A DNA stretch of 64,000 nt from positions 1 through 64,000 of the forward strand of contig MU008188.1 in assembly GCA_010909165.1 (NCBI GenBank), read 5' to 3'. The notes beneath the pieces were generated by a model. The model did no database searches. It had not been told where the DNA came from and worked only from the letters and a program-made list of their open reading frames with translations. Within the stretch, counting starts at the first letter, position 1; each line of letters starts with the position of its first letter. The DNA comes from Anthoceros angustus (Eukaryota; Plantae; Anthocerotophyta). The translations under genes were made by a program, and so were the position numbers. Shown here in pieces: positions 24,211 through 37,399 of this stretch.

Positions 24211-26749
24211 TCCTCTTGAGGTAAATTCTATTCTAGCAACTTCACCTATGGCCACTCTTTAATGTTGCCAACCTACACCACCTATCCTTCCCATTCCCCA
24301 AAGCTCATTTATGGTCATTGACAATTCGGTCCTTATCTTCTTGGGTGGCAGGTTCCCTTTTGGTCTTCTCATCCCCTTTTGCCTGGTCTTCCCTTTTTCT
24401 TCTGGTCTTCCGACCTCGACTCCTCATGACTTTTGGGGCAAGTACCTTCCCCCGACTTTTGGGGCAAGTACCTTCCTGCCCCTTCTTCCACCTTTCTGCG
24501 GCGGCGCCCGATTCCTCTTGCCATCCGCAATCGCCTTCGCACTCGAATGGCCCATCTTCTAGCCTCCGGCGCTCCTTCAAAGGGCACCCTACCGCGGTAG
24601 TCAGCGGCTGGGTGGGCGACTACCTACCATGGTAGTGGTCCCTATCTCCTTCCCTCTTCCTCATTGATGGTCCAGGGTTGAGATCCTTTTGCTCCTTCCT
24701 TGTTTGATTTGTCCATACCTATTATGGAGCATGTCTTCAAAGGTTCCTCCCCATTTCTGACCGATGTTGTCACCTCGCTAATTCCTCCGGGCCTTCTTTG
24801 CGTTGGTCTCCTCTCTTGGCTCCTCCTTATCCGTGGGGTGAGGGAATTTCTTACCTTCTCCCTTCTTCACGGGCCATACCGTCTTTGGTCTCCTCGGTGG
24901 CATTGCTCCTCAACCACCTTATCATCTATCTTAGGGGCATGTTGGATCCCCTGCCCCTTCCATCCTCAATCAGCCTTGGTGGCTGGCTCCCCTCAGTCCC
25001 TCGCCGTAGTGCACCTTCCACCGTAGTGCGGACTAGGCGTGGTGTGACCACGGTAGTCAGCGGACTACCGTGGTAGGTGGTCACCTGGTAGGTGACCCCC
25101 TACCTTGCTTCTGCGCCATCTCCTTCCTTTGGCGCGAGGACTCATCCTCCTCTCCTTCACTTGTGGAACAAGTGACCTCCTTACTCCTGCACTTATGTTG
25201 GTCACTGCCATACCTCCATATGTTGGTTTGTCACATGTAGGTGGTGATTAAATCTCCATCCGCAACCCATGTGCTTGGGTTGTCAAGAGGTGGTGGTCAA
25301 ATGTCTTGCCTCCCAGATGTACCTTCTCTTGGTCATCCTTCAATGTGAACGTCTTCTTGAAAACATCTCGGTTCCTGCGCAGGCCATCTCCATCTTGATG
25401 TGCACAATAAATTACCCGATGATGTCCATTGCTTGACTGTCACCCGCCTCACCATATGTAGTGTTCTCTCCCCATTTGCTGACCGATGTTGTCACCTCGC
25501 TAATTCCTCCGGGCCTTCTTTGCGTTGGTCTCCTCTCTTGGCTCCTCCTTATCCGTGGGGTGAGGGAATTTCTTACCTTCTCCCTTCTTCACGGGCCATA
25601 CCGTCTTTGGTCTCCTCGGTGGCATTGCTCCTCAACCACCTTATCATCTATCTTAGGGGCATGTTGGATCCCCTGCCCCTTCCATCCTCAATCAGCCTTG
25701 GTGGCTGGCTCCCCTCAGTCCCTCGCCGTAGTGCACCTTCCACCGTAGTGCGGACTAGGCGTGGTGTGACCACGGTAGTCAGCGGACTACCGTGGTAGGT
25801 GGTCACCTGGTAGGTGACCCCCTACCTTGCTTCTGCGCCATCTCCTTCCTTTGGCGCGAGGACTCATCCTCCTCTCCTTCACTTGTGGAACAAGTGACCT
25901 CCTTACTCCTGCACTTATGTTGGTAGGTTGAGCTCCTCTTTGTGATTTTCATTCTCCTAGGGAGACAACCTCCTCCCGTACCCATGAACCTCGCACTTCC
26001 ACAAGTCCATCTCACTAAGTATGTGGAATCCATAGTAAACCGCCACCTCCGCCGCCTCGACATCTCGCTTGTGGATCACGAGTGCCATTGTTGTTGCCTG
26101 GTGAAACCGCGAGGCTTTATGACAAGGCTGCCTTCAAGATTTATGCATGAATGATGCAATTGCTCTCCCCTTCTCTCACAAGGACCTTATGACGCCGCCC
26201 CTTCCTCCTCTCACGGCTTCTGGTAGCATGGCGGATCCTCCGTCTGCCACCGTTCCGTTTTTCCTAGTCTCATTGAATATCCTAGGCACTCTTCCCTAGA
26301 GGTTAGTTAGTTATGGCAACCGCTCCGGACATGCATATGTCTCTGTTTTCCCTTTTGCATTCAATTGCTCATGACACTTGTCCCTGATCTGTGGCCTTCC
26401 GCATGGTATCTGCCCCTGCGGGCTCGATCGTTGATCTTGCCATGAATCGCTTGTCCTCCACCGCTAGCAACTTCACCTATGGCCACTCTTTAATGTTGCC
26501 AACCTACACCTCTAATCCTCTACTCATCTTCTCATCTCCTCATCCTCTTCCTTGGGCGGTTGCTATGAGTTTGAGTCGCATCACACTAGCCGATTTTGGC
26601 TCTTTTGGCCTCCTTCTATAGAGGATGACTCTCTCTGCGCTTTCTTTATTCCTCGACGTCTCCGCAGTCACCGATCATCCCAGATCCCGGCTGCATTTCG
26701 CCGGTTTTCCTCACAAGCCCAAACATCGAGGCTTTCACAAACATCGCAA

Positions 26750-29700
26750 TTTTAATAATTCAACATTGTCGCTTTGAATACACATCAAGTCAGGCCCAGA
26801 TCGACAAGCATAGAAAACGCGATTTACTGATGACTATCACAGAGTGAGATTTGACCTCAAGGATCAGCCCGATTGTCGAAATTGATCGCTTCTAACTGCA
26901 GTATCATGTCGCCCAATCCTCAGCCCGTAGTTGCAAGAGAAGACCGCTGAATCAAATAATTTTGATGCCTGAGTTTCTGTGGTCGGTGCATCCTAGAGGA
27001 AAAGCACCATGGGTCTGCATCAAGAGGGTGACCAGCCATCTGAACACGACACCAAATCGCAAATTATGTCCACATGAAAGATGAGCTAGAATGGAAGTAT
27101 AAGGCGAAGGCACGTCATTCGTTGCCTCGCCTCTCGCAGGAGTTTATATAAGATTGACGTCCTCAAACGAGGTCGCCATTCTATCGAAACCTATGATTCA
27201 AAAGGATATGGTATCAGGCGAACCTGCAATATCGACACTCATGAAGGAGTCTGTCTGAGAGTCGTAGCCAAGTTTCGAGCTCAGAGCAAGCTTGCATCTC
27301 TGGAGTGATCATTTTAATCGGGCAGCAAGTTGCCTCTTCCATCCAAAATGAACACTTTAAGCTGATTATCACCGATCCATACCGCCATACCTACTACCGC
27401 CTCATCAAACCTAACCGCCTTAAAGTTGTATCCTCATTTGCCTCGAAAACAAATGAAGGGAGGTTCTACCATACATATGTTTCACAAATGAGGATACACT
27501 TTAAAGAGGTGGGGGTTTCAGATCCGAGGTAGAGGTAGAGGAAGTTTCCCAGAGGTGAGGTCATCGTCCTCCTTCTCAAACTAACACAAACTCTTCCTCA
27601 ATCAAAACGGAAATTGTAACATCAAGGCAAGCTGAATCGGATTAAAGATTGTCAAGAGGATTAAGGATGACAACTCTAAAGGAAAGCATATTCGCCCCAT
27701 AATGCAAGGTCACCACCGGGCCTTGGTTCATGCCCGACCTCTTCAAGAAGGATCTGGCGGTATCTGACACCTTCGAATCATATGTGTTCCAAGAAAATCT
27801 TTCATCTCTTATGTGCCATCTTCCTTGTCATCAAACTGAGATGTTAGCTCAACTATACCAATTAAGGTTCGGCACCATCTTACCCTGCATGGTAGTTTCC
27901 CGGAGAACACTTCATGTTCGAATTGCTAAGAACTGGTTAGTACAATCCTTGGGAAGACAAATCGATCGGATTACCTCAAGGAGTTGAATGCACTTTCCAC
28001 TCTCCGCAAACTTTCATAGCTCGTGGAAAGCCCCTCAGCTTGATCTCTATCTTATGGACTTCTGATGCCACCTCCAATGCAAAACCTAAGATGTTACTCA
28101 CAATCTTCAATGCCTTCAAATGGCATTGTAGACTTGGCCATCCCAATATTAAGGCCATGAGGAGATGCTGAAAGAGAAAAATGGTCCCGGCTCAGTGAAT
28201 TACCCGACCTGACTTGTCATGTGTGCATGGAAAACAGCTCAAGTCCCACTTTGGGAGTGGAAATCCACAAAGGGCCTTCTCCGACCTCGCCATCTATCGT
28301 GGGCCTATGTCTCGGAGCTCATGGGAAAATAAGTTGATTTTGAAGATGATAAGTCCCACTCACCTCTGTGCGTCCGAAAAGTCAAGTGTTTGATCCAAGC
28401 GCTATTTAGCCTATCCGAGAGGCAAATGACATAAGCTTAAATGCATCGACAAAAAAGGAGTACCTTTTCTCGCGCTTCGTGAATATTGTCAAGAGAGGGG
28501 ATCCGCTCCTCCCATACCATTCTCGATATGAATGGTCGTGCAAACATAGACCATACAAGATGCTAAGATCACTACTACCAAGGAGGTTATCTATACGCTC
28601 GCGTGTCGACATTGCTACATACCTCCGATCAGCTTCTCCCCAGTGACAATACACCTTGAGGGATGGATTCCGCACTGCCTCATCGAGTGTTTGGTAGCAC
28701 AACGATGCTCATATCCTGATCCCCTTTAAGTTCTCTCGCTCAAGTCCAAGAGACACATTTTCATTGGGTATGGGCATTCACGGGTATAAATTGTTTGAAC
28801 TCCGCTTCGGAGGGCTCATTCTGCTGTAGCCTTGACCAACCTTGTCCTTCTGCCTCCACTCATTCCTTTGATGATTTTCTCCGCCGCTTGAACTTGAGCA
28901 CCTTGATCCCGCATGGGAGGATCCCACCGACATCCAGTTCCATCGATCCCTCCGATCCGGCATATAGGTCCCGATCGCATTGCCGATTACATCCTTACCT
29001 CCCGATGACCTGGATCCCGTCTCCCCCACCGCCCCGTGAAGGATCGCACGCTTCCTCGATTTCACTCATCCCACCGATCCTCCTCCACCGGCCGTGGTCA
29101 CTTGACAATGAGGACGATCACCAAGCGCACCAAGATATCCCATTTTCCCGATGACGGCTAGTTAACGATCGGAGTATGTTATACTGTTCGACAATTACCT
29201 CGTGTCTACCCGCCGAGAAGACCTCGATGCCAGAACCTCCTTATCGCAGTTGAAGATGGAAGGTACCCGCCACATGGGTCCGCATCGGGAAGTTGTGGTG
29301 GGCTGGTGAATATCATCAATCCCGGACATGAACCACCACATATCGTGAAGCTATCTCACCAGATGCCAAGCATTGAAAGCACATAATCGTTGCTCATACG
29401 AACAAGACATGGAGCTCACCACACTGAGGAAGATTGTGACCTCAAAGTGGGTCTTCAAATTGAAATACAAGGCGGGGTAGCATAGCTATAAGGCTAGACT
29501 TGTCATGCGTGGTTTTTCTCAAGTCCCGAGTTTAGATTATCATGATACTTTCTCTCACATTGTCAAGTCCCGTCCTTGAGTCTTGTTTGCCATATGCGTT
29601 TCTCCTGCACATCCACGGATGGGCGTTAAAGCGCCTTTCTACGGCAAACTAGAGGAGGAGATTTCATCTGACTGAGGGGTTTGAGCTTACGGCGGTGAGG

Positions 29701-30806
29701 AGTGGGTATGTGGCTGAAAACCATTTACGGCCTTAAGCGAGCCCTCGTGCTTGGTATGAGTGCATAGATGAGTTTCGATAGGTTTAGGCTTCGTGAAAGC
29801 TCTGCCGATACCAATGTTTACTTGCAAGAGAAAGGTGGTTTGTCATTTTGGCACTTTATGTAGATGATTGTATTCTACTAGGCACACACTTGGAAGGATT
29901 AGTGAAGGGTGCTGGTCGGGCCGAGTTCGAGCATGGTAGATGTGGGTGAACTTTCCTATTGTTTGGGAACCCGGCTTCAAAGAGATCACGCGGTGGAACT
30001 TTGTCCGTGCATCGGGAAAAGTACATCTATGACATGCTTCATAAATACAAGTTAAGGCTAAATGCTTTTACCCCCTTGAAATTTGGATGCAAGTTGTCGA
30101 TTCTTGATCTCCAGACGGACCAAGGCGAGGCTTGATATGGGCTGTCCCCTATGCATAGCGATCGGCTCCCTCATATTACTCGAATCATACTCGTCAGATG
30201 TTTCTTTACCGGTGAGTATGGTTTCTCGGTATACGAAAGAGCCGGGAAGAGCCAGTCGGCAACAAAGCGAATACTTAGGTATCAAGGGGGCAGTGGGCAC
30301 GGCATCCACTATACAAAGAGGCATATAATGGAGAAGAACTTACCTTGGTTGGCTCTTTGCGGATTGGGCCGATCAAGATACCGGAAGGTGTCACGCCTCA
30401 CGCCTTCTTGTTAGCGGGAGAGTGCGATTCGTGGTCGTCGAGCGGAACAACGATTCTCTTTCCTCCACCGAGGCGAGTACTCAGCCCTTACACAAGCAAA
30501 GAGGCCATATGGTTGCGGCGACTCCCTAGCGATATGGGCCAAGGCGGCATACTCCAGGTCATCTTTGTGATAACGATGCCTTGGCTCTAGCACAAAACCC
30601 GGTCTTTCATGCGAACCAAACACATAGAAGTGCATCACCACTTCGTAAGGCATGCTGTAGAGACTAAGCAAGTGAGGTTAGAGTATATTTCGAGAGAACA
30701 AAAATCGGCGGACATACTTGCAAGCTTTACCTGCGAAACACCATCGGTTCAAAGAGGCTTTGGAGTGTTACACCACTTCACCACGTCAAACAAGTCCGAC
30801 ATCTAG
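26750..30806 (+). pseudogene. Copia-3 gag-pol (heavily frameshifted)
   Basis: SNHMC (about 27780), KWHCRLGHPN (about 28120), RT KWVFKLK...YKARLVMRGFSQVP (29445-29530) and LYVDD (about 29854-29868). RNase H RTKHIEVHHHFVR...ADIL in ORF 30609..30806. Confidence 0.85.
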
Positions 30807-31120
30807 TAAAGTGCATGCGAGAGGCTATAGCGGTGAAATGCAAATTAACCACTACTAAGTCCTACCTATGGTAACGGACTATGATGATCCTTAGCCGTCT
30901 TGGTAGAAGGCGAAACTTAGACTTGCCATTTACATCCGGTTTACGCGATTCAACAAAAATTAGGATCATTATGCGGCCCGCCTCCGGTCGTCATCGATCC
31001 CGTCCATCGATCGACACCGGCCTCTTGACCATCCTTGCTGCGGACATCGGTACTGGGTCGGTATGTGTGAAGCGTGATACCACACCACAACAAAGTGGGA
31101 AAACAAAGTAAGGTGGATGC

Positions 31121-34100
31121 TGTGGTAGGAGAATCCGGGGCACTCGGGGTCCTCACTATAAGCGACCACACTTATCCAATAAGCCGTGCGTTGGGTTTCG
31201 TCCCATGAGACTTGTGTGAAAGTTCGAGGCCTTGTGGTCACCAATCGCTTTGCACAACTCTCGGCCTTCTCAACAAGCAAGGCGCCCTACTCTCCCTCAC
31301 AGACCACTTGCCTTTTGCTTGAAATCGCCAACCCTTGACCCCTGGCGAACAACTGCGGGTCACCTCGGCTATCCACAGCCCGGGGACCCCAGTTCACACG
31401 CGATTTCGTCCCTACTTCTAAGACCAACTTGACCTACAACGACACAACACAATTGCAGGTCACCTCGGACAAAGCCTACCAGGCGCCGGGACCCCTGGTT
31501 CACACCGCGATTTCGTCCCTACTTCTAAGACCACTCTTCTCCACTCGGGGCGCTCGTTTACTTGCAGTTGGGATTCGTCCCTTAGGCTCACTGTGGCCTT
31601 CCACTAACACCTACACCTCTAATCCTCTACTCATCTTCTCCTCATCCTCTTCCTCCTAGTCTAACCTCGGTTCGGGCTTCTTGGTTTCGACTCGCCCTTA
31701 CGGCTGGCAGAGGTCGCCTCCACCGGCAAGTTCTTCCTTGGGCGGTTGCTATGAGTTTGACACCAGACGGGAGAACCTCCGAGTCTTTCCTGTAGTCTAC
31801 CCTCAAGCCGAGTTCTCAGGCATTTGCCACACACCCAAAGCAAAGCAATTTCACGCAACCATTCACAAAGCAACTCGTTTAGGCACTTGCGGCGAGCAAG
31901 TCCTCCACCAAGCACTCGACCACCGACTTCCTCTCTACCATGTTGGCTCACACGCACGAAATTCCTCTGTAATGGCAAAGGACTCGATGGCGTGGCGCAA
32001 GACATGATACTTTACTTTGTGAAATCCTCCTCCTCTTATAGGAGGCCTTCCACATACAACCTCCTTGGGTGACCCTCTGCAGTCACCTTTTCCAATATTC
32101 TATTATTTCCTACCGACATTTAAGGCTGGCATCTAAGTCTATCGATCCTAGGTAAATTCTATTCTAGCAACTTCACCTATGGCCACTCTTTAATGTTGCC
32201 AACCTACACCACCTATCCTTCCCATTCCCCAAAGCTCATTTATGGTCATTGACAATTCTAGTCCTTATCTTGCTGGGGTGGCCAGGTTTCCTTGGTTGGT
32301 CTTCTCATCCCCCTCTGCTGGTCTTCCCTTTTCTTCTTTGGTCTTCTCATCTCCTCTTCCTCATGACTTTTGGGGCAAGTACCTTCTGCCTTGACTTTTG
32401 GGGCAAGTTACCTTGACCGGGCAAGTACCTTCCTGCCTTCTTCACGGGCGCCCGATTCCTCTTGCCATCCGGGCAATCGCGCCTTCCGCGCACGAATGGC
32501 CCATCTTCTAGCCTCCCGGCGGCCGCGCTCCTTCAAAGGGCACCCTACAGCGGTAGTCGCGGACTACCGTGGTAGGCGACTACCATGGTAGTCGGTCCCT
32601 ATCTCCTTCCCTCTTCCTCATCGGTGATGGTCCACAGGGTTGAGATCCTTTTGCTCCTTTCTGTTGTTTGATTTGTCCATACCTATTATGGAGCATGTCT
32701 TCAAAGGTTCCTCCCCATTTGTGACCGATGTTGTCACCTCGCTAATTCCTCCGGGCCTTCTTTGCGTTGGTCTCCTCTCTTGGCTCGGCTCCTCCCTTAT
32801 CCGTGGGGTGAGGGAATTTCTTACCCCCTCCCCTTCCTTCACCACCCGTCTTTGGTCTCCTCGGTGGCATTGCTCCCTCAACCACCTTATCATCTATCTT
32901 AGGGGCATGTTCGATCCCCCTCCTTCATCCTCAATCGGGCCTTGGTGGCTGGCTCCCCTCGGTCCTCGCCGTGGTACACCTACGGTAGTCGGCGGACTAC
33001 CGTGGTAGGTGACCTACCATGGTAGTCGGCGGACTACCGTGGTAGGGTGGTCACCACCGTGGTAGGGTGACCCCTACCTTGCTTCTGCGCCATCTCCTTC
33101 CTTTGGCGCGAGGACTCATCCTCCTCTCCTTCACTTGTGGAACAAGTGACCTCCTTCCCGCACTTATGTTGGTAGGTTGAGCTCCTCTTTGTGATTTTTC
33201 ATTCTCCTAGGGAGACAACCTCCTCCTTAACATCTCCTGTGGGGCCAAAGTACTTGCCTCCCTACCATCGCTCTCCCTCAATAGCACCCCATCCATTGCC
33301 TCCTTACGGACCTCGCGGTGAGGCTGCCCCCCTCTGCACTTATGTTGGTAGGTTGCCTTCTTCCCTCTGATAGCTGCCTCAGTGGTAGGTTGCCTTCTTC
33401 CCTCTTCCTTGTACTATGGGCTCCTCTCGCCATTTCTTCTCCAAACTCCTCGGAGTCCATATCGCTTGTGACCTCATCAAAATCTAAGGCCCCTGGCTTA
33501 ATGCATGAGGGCCTCCCTATCATCGTGTGGCCCAAGCATCCTCCTCTTCACAATTATTGTAGGCCTCCACACACCATGCCATCGCCCAATATTTTTGGCA
33601 ATGGGTTTACACTCAAACTACCACCATGCTTCATGAGTTGGGGTTTCTTGGCCTTGAAACCCTTCACGGCATCCACAGCTTCCTCGGAACCGGCCTCATC
33701 CTTGACTTGGCTCTTAGCAATCCCATGAGGAGAACAAACACCAAGCTAAGCACCAAGAACACTAAGGACGTCCCCTCTTAGAAGAAATTCACTCTCAAAA
33801 CCAAGCCAAGGCACACAAGACCCAAGAAATTGGTGCCACAAGAAAAGAGAACACCAAGAGGAGATGGCGGCATCACTCTTAAGAAGGCACACACACAGTG
33901 GGGCGCACACAAGCTCTAGCTCACTCCCCTCTGCACTTTTAGAGCTCCAGTCTTCTCATCGACAATTATAGCAACAGGCTCCTAAATTGCAGCCATAGAT
34001 TTGAGTGGTTCTGCAAGCATGTGGCCATATCCCATCCATTATTTCCGAGCCATAACCTCTAATTTCTATCGTAGCCATCAATCCCCACCATGAATCTAAG

Positions 34101-36274
34101 GATCCTTTCCATCCATCTTGCACAAATTCAAGACCCTAGTTGGTTTGCACCAAGAAGGCTCTTAAGTCATCAATCCTTCAGCTCCTGTGCAAGAACAACA
34201 TTCCCTGCATCTCCTTGGTCCTAGGCGCTCCCATAGAGACCATCTTATCCAGCAAAACCCAAGGAAAAAGCTCAATCCTCAACCTCCAAAACCCGTGCGC
34301 CAGGCTGCGCCTGCAACCCCCTACTAAGAACTTTCCCAATCAGCTCCCGTGTGTCTTTTACAAATATAAGCTTATACTCCAAAAAGCACCCCATATGAGC
34401 CCTGATCCGCTCACAGGACGCTTAACTCACAGTTCTTATATATATATCCAACACACCAAGTTCCTTGTGCATATCTTTTGCATACATTTTGTTTCATTAT
34501 TGAACTCCTCACCAAGCTCCTTCTCCACATTTCTCCTTAGCGAACTCCTTGACCAACTCTCGAATCAGCCTACCTTGCTGCCCAATTCTCCTCGCACCAC
34601 ACCTCCCTTCACACCTACTTGCAGCCCAGCTGCAATTTTGCCTTCATGATGCACACCCCATTGCGATTCCTTCACCATATTGCAGCCCATCGCAATACTA
34701 CCTTCTGTGTCACCTCCATCTTGCAGCCAATGTAAATTCAGCCATGGCCTCTCCTAGTTCGACACGGCCCTATCATGCCATCCTCACATCATTACTCCGC
34801 AAGTACTTCCACATGCTTGACCTTGCCATGGCCTCCTCTTGCAAATGACTAGCATTGGTGCACCATAACCATCTTCTCTGTCTTCTTCATCCTTCGCCTT
34901 GTGGCCTTCACCCAACGCAACATGTGCTAGGCACTCTCCAATTCCCTTCCTGCTTGGCTGCCTACCTACGTAGGCTGCCTACCTACACGGTCTTTGGGTA
35001 CCCAGCTATAGTGGGTACCCACTCACCCTGTACGTGTTGTTCCTATCACGGTAGGGTGTGCACCTACCATGGTAGGCGTCTCCCTATACACCATTTGGCC
35101 CTATCCTGCATCTCTTGAGCTCCTCTGGGGCTCGCTCATGGAGGTTTCCTCCTCCTCGTGACAACCCCTCGGGTTCTACCTTGCTTCCTCCTCTTCCCCG
35201 AGTCCTCCAGCCTTGATCTTGCAGCTTGGCGATGCTTGTCCTCCAGTGTCTTCTTAAAAAAGGTCTTTCCATGCTTGGCCTCGAGATGGACAATCTGAAT
35301 GGATGCCAAGAACCTTCCAGCTCCTTGCAATTTCCACACACACACCTGGCCTTGACCTCGCCCTTGCTCACAATTCCTAGCTCTTATACCCTTGCTTTTC
35401 CCGAGTTTCCAATTCTGTGATTTGAAGAAGGAATTCTCTAAGGTTCACAGTTCTTACATCTTCTCCAGCAAGTTGAGAGTCCCTTCTCCATAATTTTCTC
35501 TTCAATTTTGACATGCCTTGCTCTTCCCAACACTCCTTTGGGCTTGGGCAAGCATTGCCTTCTTCCTTCCACCCGGCCCTTTCCTTCCTTCTTCTTCTCT
35601 TGTTGCACCCCTACTTGTCTTGCCTATTTTCCTCCTTGCCTAGCTTGCGCCTCTTCTCTATCCTGCAGGCGCGTACGCCATATGTGGGGCTCTTCTGACT
35701 CTTGGTGTGGCGGCGCCTTCTGCAGTGTTGGCGCTTCCTCACCTTCAAGTTGTGACCTCCTACACATGCAGTTATAAAGATAACTTGGGGTTAGGAATGG
35801 TAACTACCAATCTTCTACGCCCTTGGATATGCACCACGTGGCACCTTTTCTCTGATTGATTGGAGTTTCCCAATTCCTCTTATACTAAGATACTATTTCC
35901 CCTAGTTTCCTAACGCAATCTTTCCTATTACCCATTTATCTAGTCCACTATTGGTGGGCATATATAGTGGATATCTCCCTATCCTAATTTCCCTTTTGTG
36001 AGATTGACCTACGGTCTGCCTTCCTCTCGACCTACGGCGTAGTGTGGCGACCTCGGCGGTGATGCCGCCCTTCGGTTGCCATTACGCCTTGCACGGTCGT
36101 TTTGACCCGTTCTTCTTCCTCGGATATCCTCTTCGCCTTCCTAACAATATCCTACAACTCCAGCTTCAAGATTCTCGAAAATTTCTGTGCTCCTCTTCAA
36201 TCGTTCTAGCCAAAAAAAATCAAACTTGTTCGTCTTGGGCTCTTTTGGGCTGGTTGCCCAAACTTTCGTTCACA
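31121..36274 (-). repeat. Gypsy-B 3' LTR (about 5.15 kb)
   Basis: Colinear with 40061-45227 from tgtggtagg to gcccaaacttt...caca, and bounded by the PPT. Confidence 0.88.
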
Positions 36275-36309
36275 TACTCCCCACCTCACTGTTTGCGTCC
36301 TCAACAACT

Positions 36310-37200
36310 CGGGTTGAAGGTACTTCTTAATCTTCCACCCATTCACCATAGTTGGCAAATCCCCATCCGGACTTTGATTGCGGATCCATTCACATATACT
36401 ACCACCACGAGAAGGTTCCATCCACCTCAACCTAAGCTTCCACAGGAAGTCCATATATGACTATCATATAGAAGAACTAAATCCCCGGCCGATAGTCTCT
36501 TGCTTCCTCAACTTCCCATCATGCCTATCCTTTGGTTCTTGAATTAGTTTCCTTCTAAAGCTTCCTCCCTATGCTCCTCCTGTTCTATGAAAGATTCTAA
36601 CCTAGCTACCTGACTATCTTCTACAGTCATGCATTCATCCTCCATGATCCTGTAGGTAGGTACTTCAAATTCCATGGGCATCACAGGAGACATGCAGATG
36701 TTAAATAATATGGAGTCGTCTTGGTTGTCACCTTCTCCGCTGTCCAAATTATGCTGTTCTCGATGAGAAACTTCGCCACTGTAGGTGCATCATCCTTCCT
36801 TGTTGCTTCAGCCTCCACCATCTTTGTGCAATAGTCCGTTGCCACCAAGATATATTGTTTCCTTGTCCATTTGTGGGTGGCTTGATTGGACCCACAAAGT
36901 CTAAACTTCTCGGCGAGATGTAAGTAAGAGGCCCTTTATCGAAAAGTGACTCCCAACCGGCATGCATCACATAATTCCAACCAAAATCCCACACATCTAG
37001 TGCGTACAAAAGCCTCCATCCAGGATCGCTTCACCATGATTTGCACCAAGTAATGCTCTCCGGCCTCTTGCATGCGAGCTTACATGACAAAGCTTCCTTC
37101 GCTTCAAACAACGTCAAATTTTCTCATCCGGACCAAGCTTGTATAAGACTCCTTTAGTAGACATTAGGGTGCGGTTTTATGAAGAAAAAGCGCCCGCCCT
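36310..37200 (-). pseudogene. Gypsy-B integrase (frameshifted, partly deleted)
   Basis: GVLYKLG upstream region, LDFVGPIKPP (ORF 36749..37009), PVMPMEFEVP (36544..36747) and C-terminal KLRLRW...VNGWKIKKY (36206..36454). Confidence 0.8.
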
Positions 37201-37399
37201 AGTGTCAAGCATGATTCCGTGATCCAAGAAATTTGTACCTCAACAAATAACGTGGACATGGGAGTCCTTCACGTTCATCCTCCTCTTCCCATGCACACCT
37301 CGCGTTTCCCTCTAGCTTGTTCACGGTGGATGTCGTGCTGTATGGCCGCCTTCAACTCGATTCACAAAACTAGCTTCTCCCCGCGTCAATCTTTGCGAG

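Larger units (their letters stand above)
16735..26000 (-). mobile_element. Scrambled or mosaic copy of the Gypsy-B family (LTR, integrase, gag and LTR pieces interleaved with CCT/CTT repeats)
   Basis: Integrase LDFVGPIKPP...YILVAMDYCTK and GGHYSVQI...RILDAGFWW (17440-17800). Segments match 36790-39660 and the LTR. There are exact internal duplications. Confidence 0.75.
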
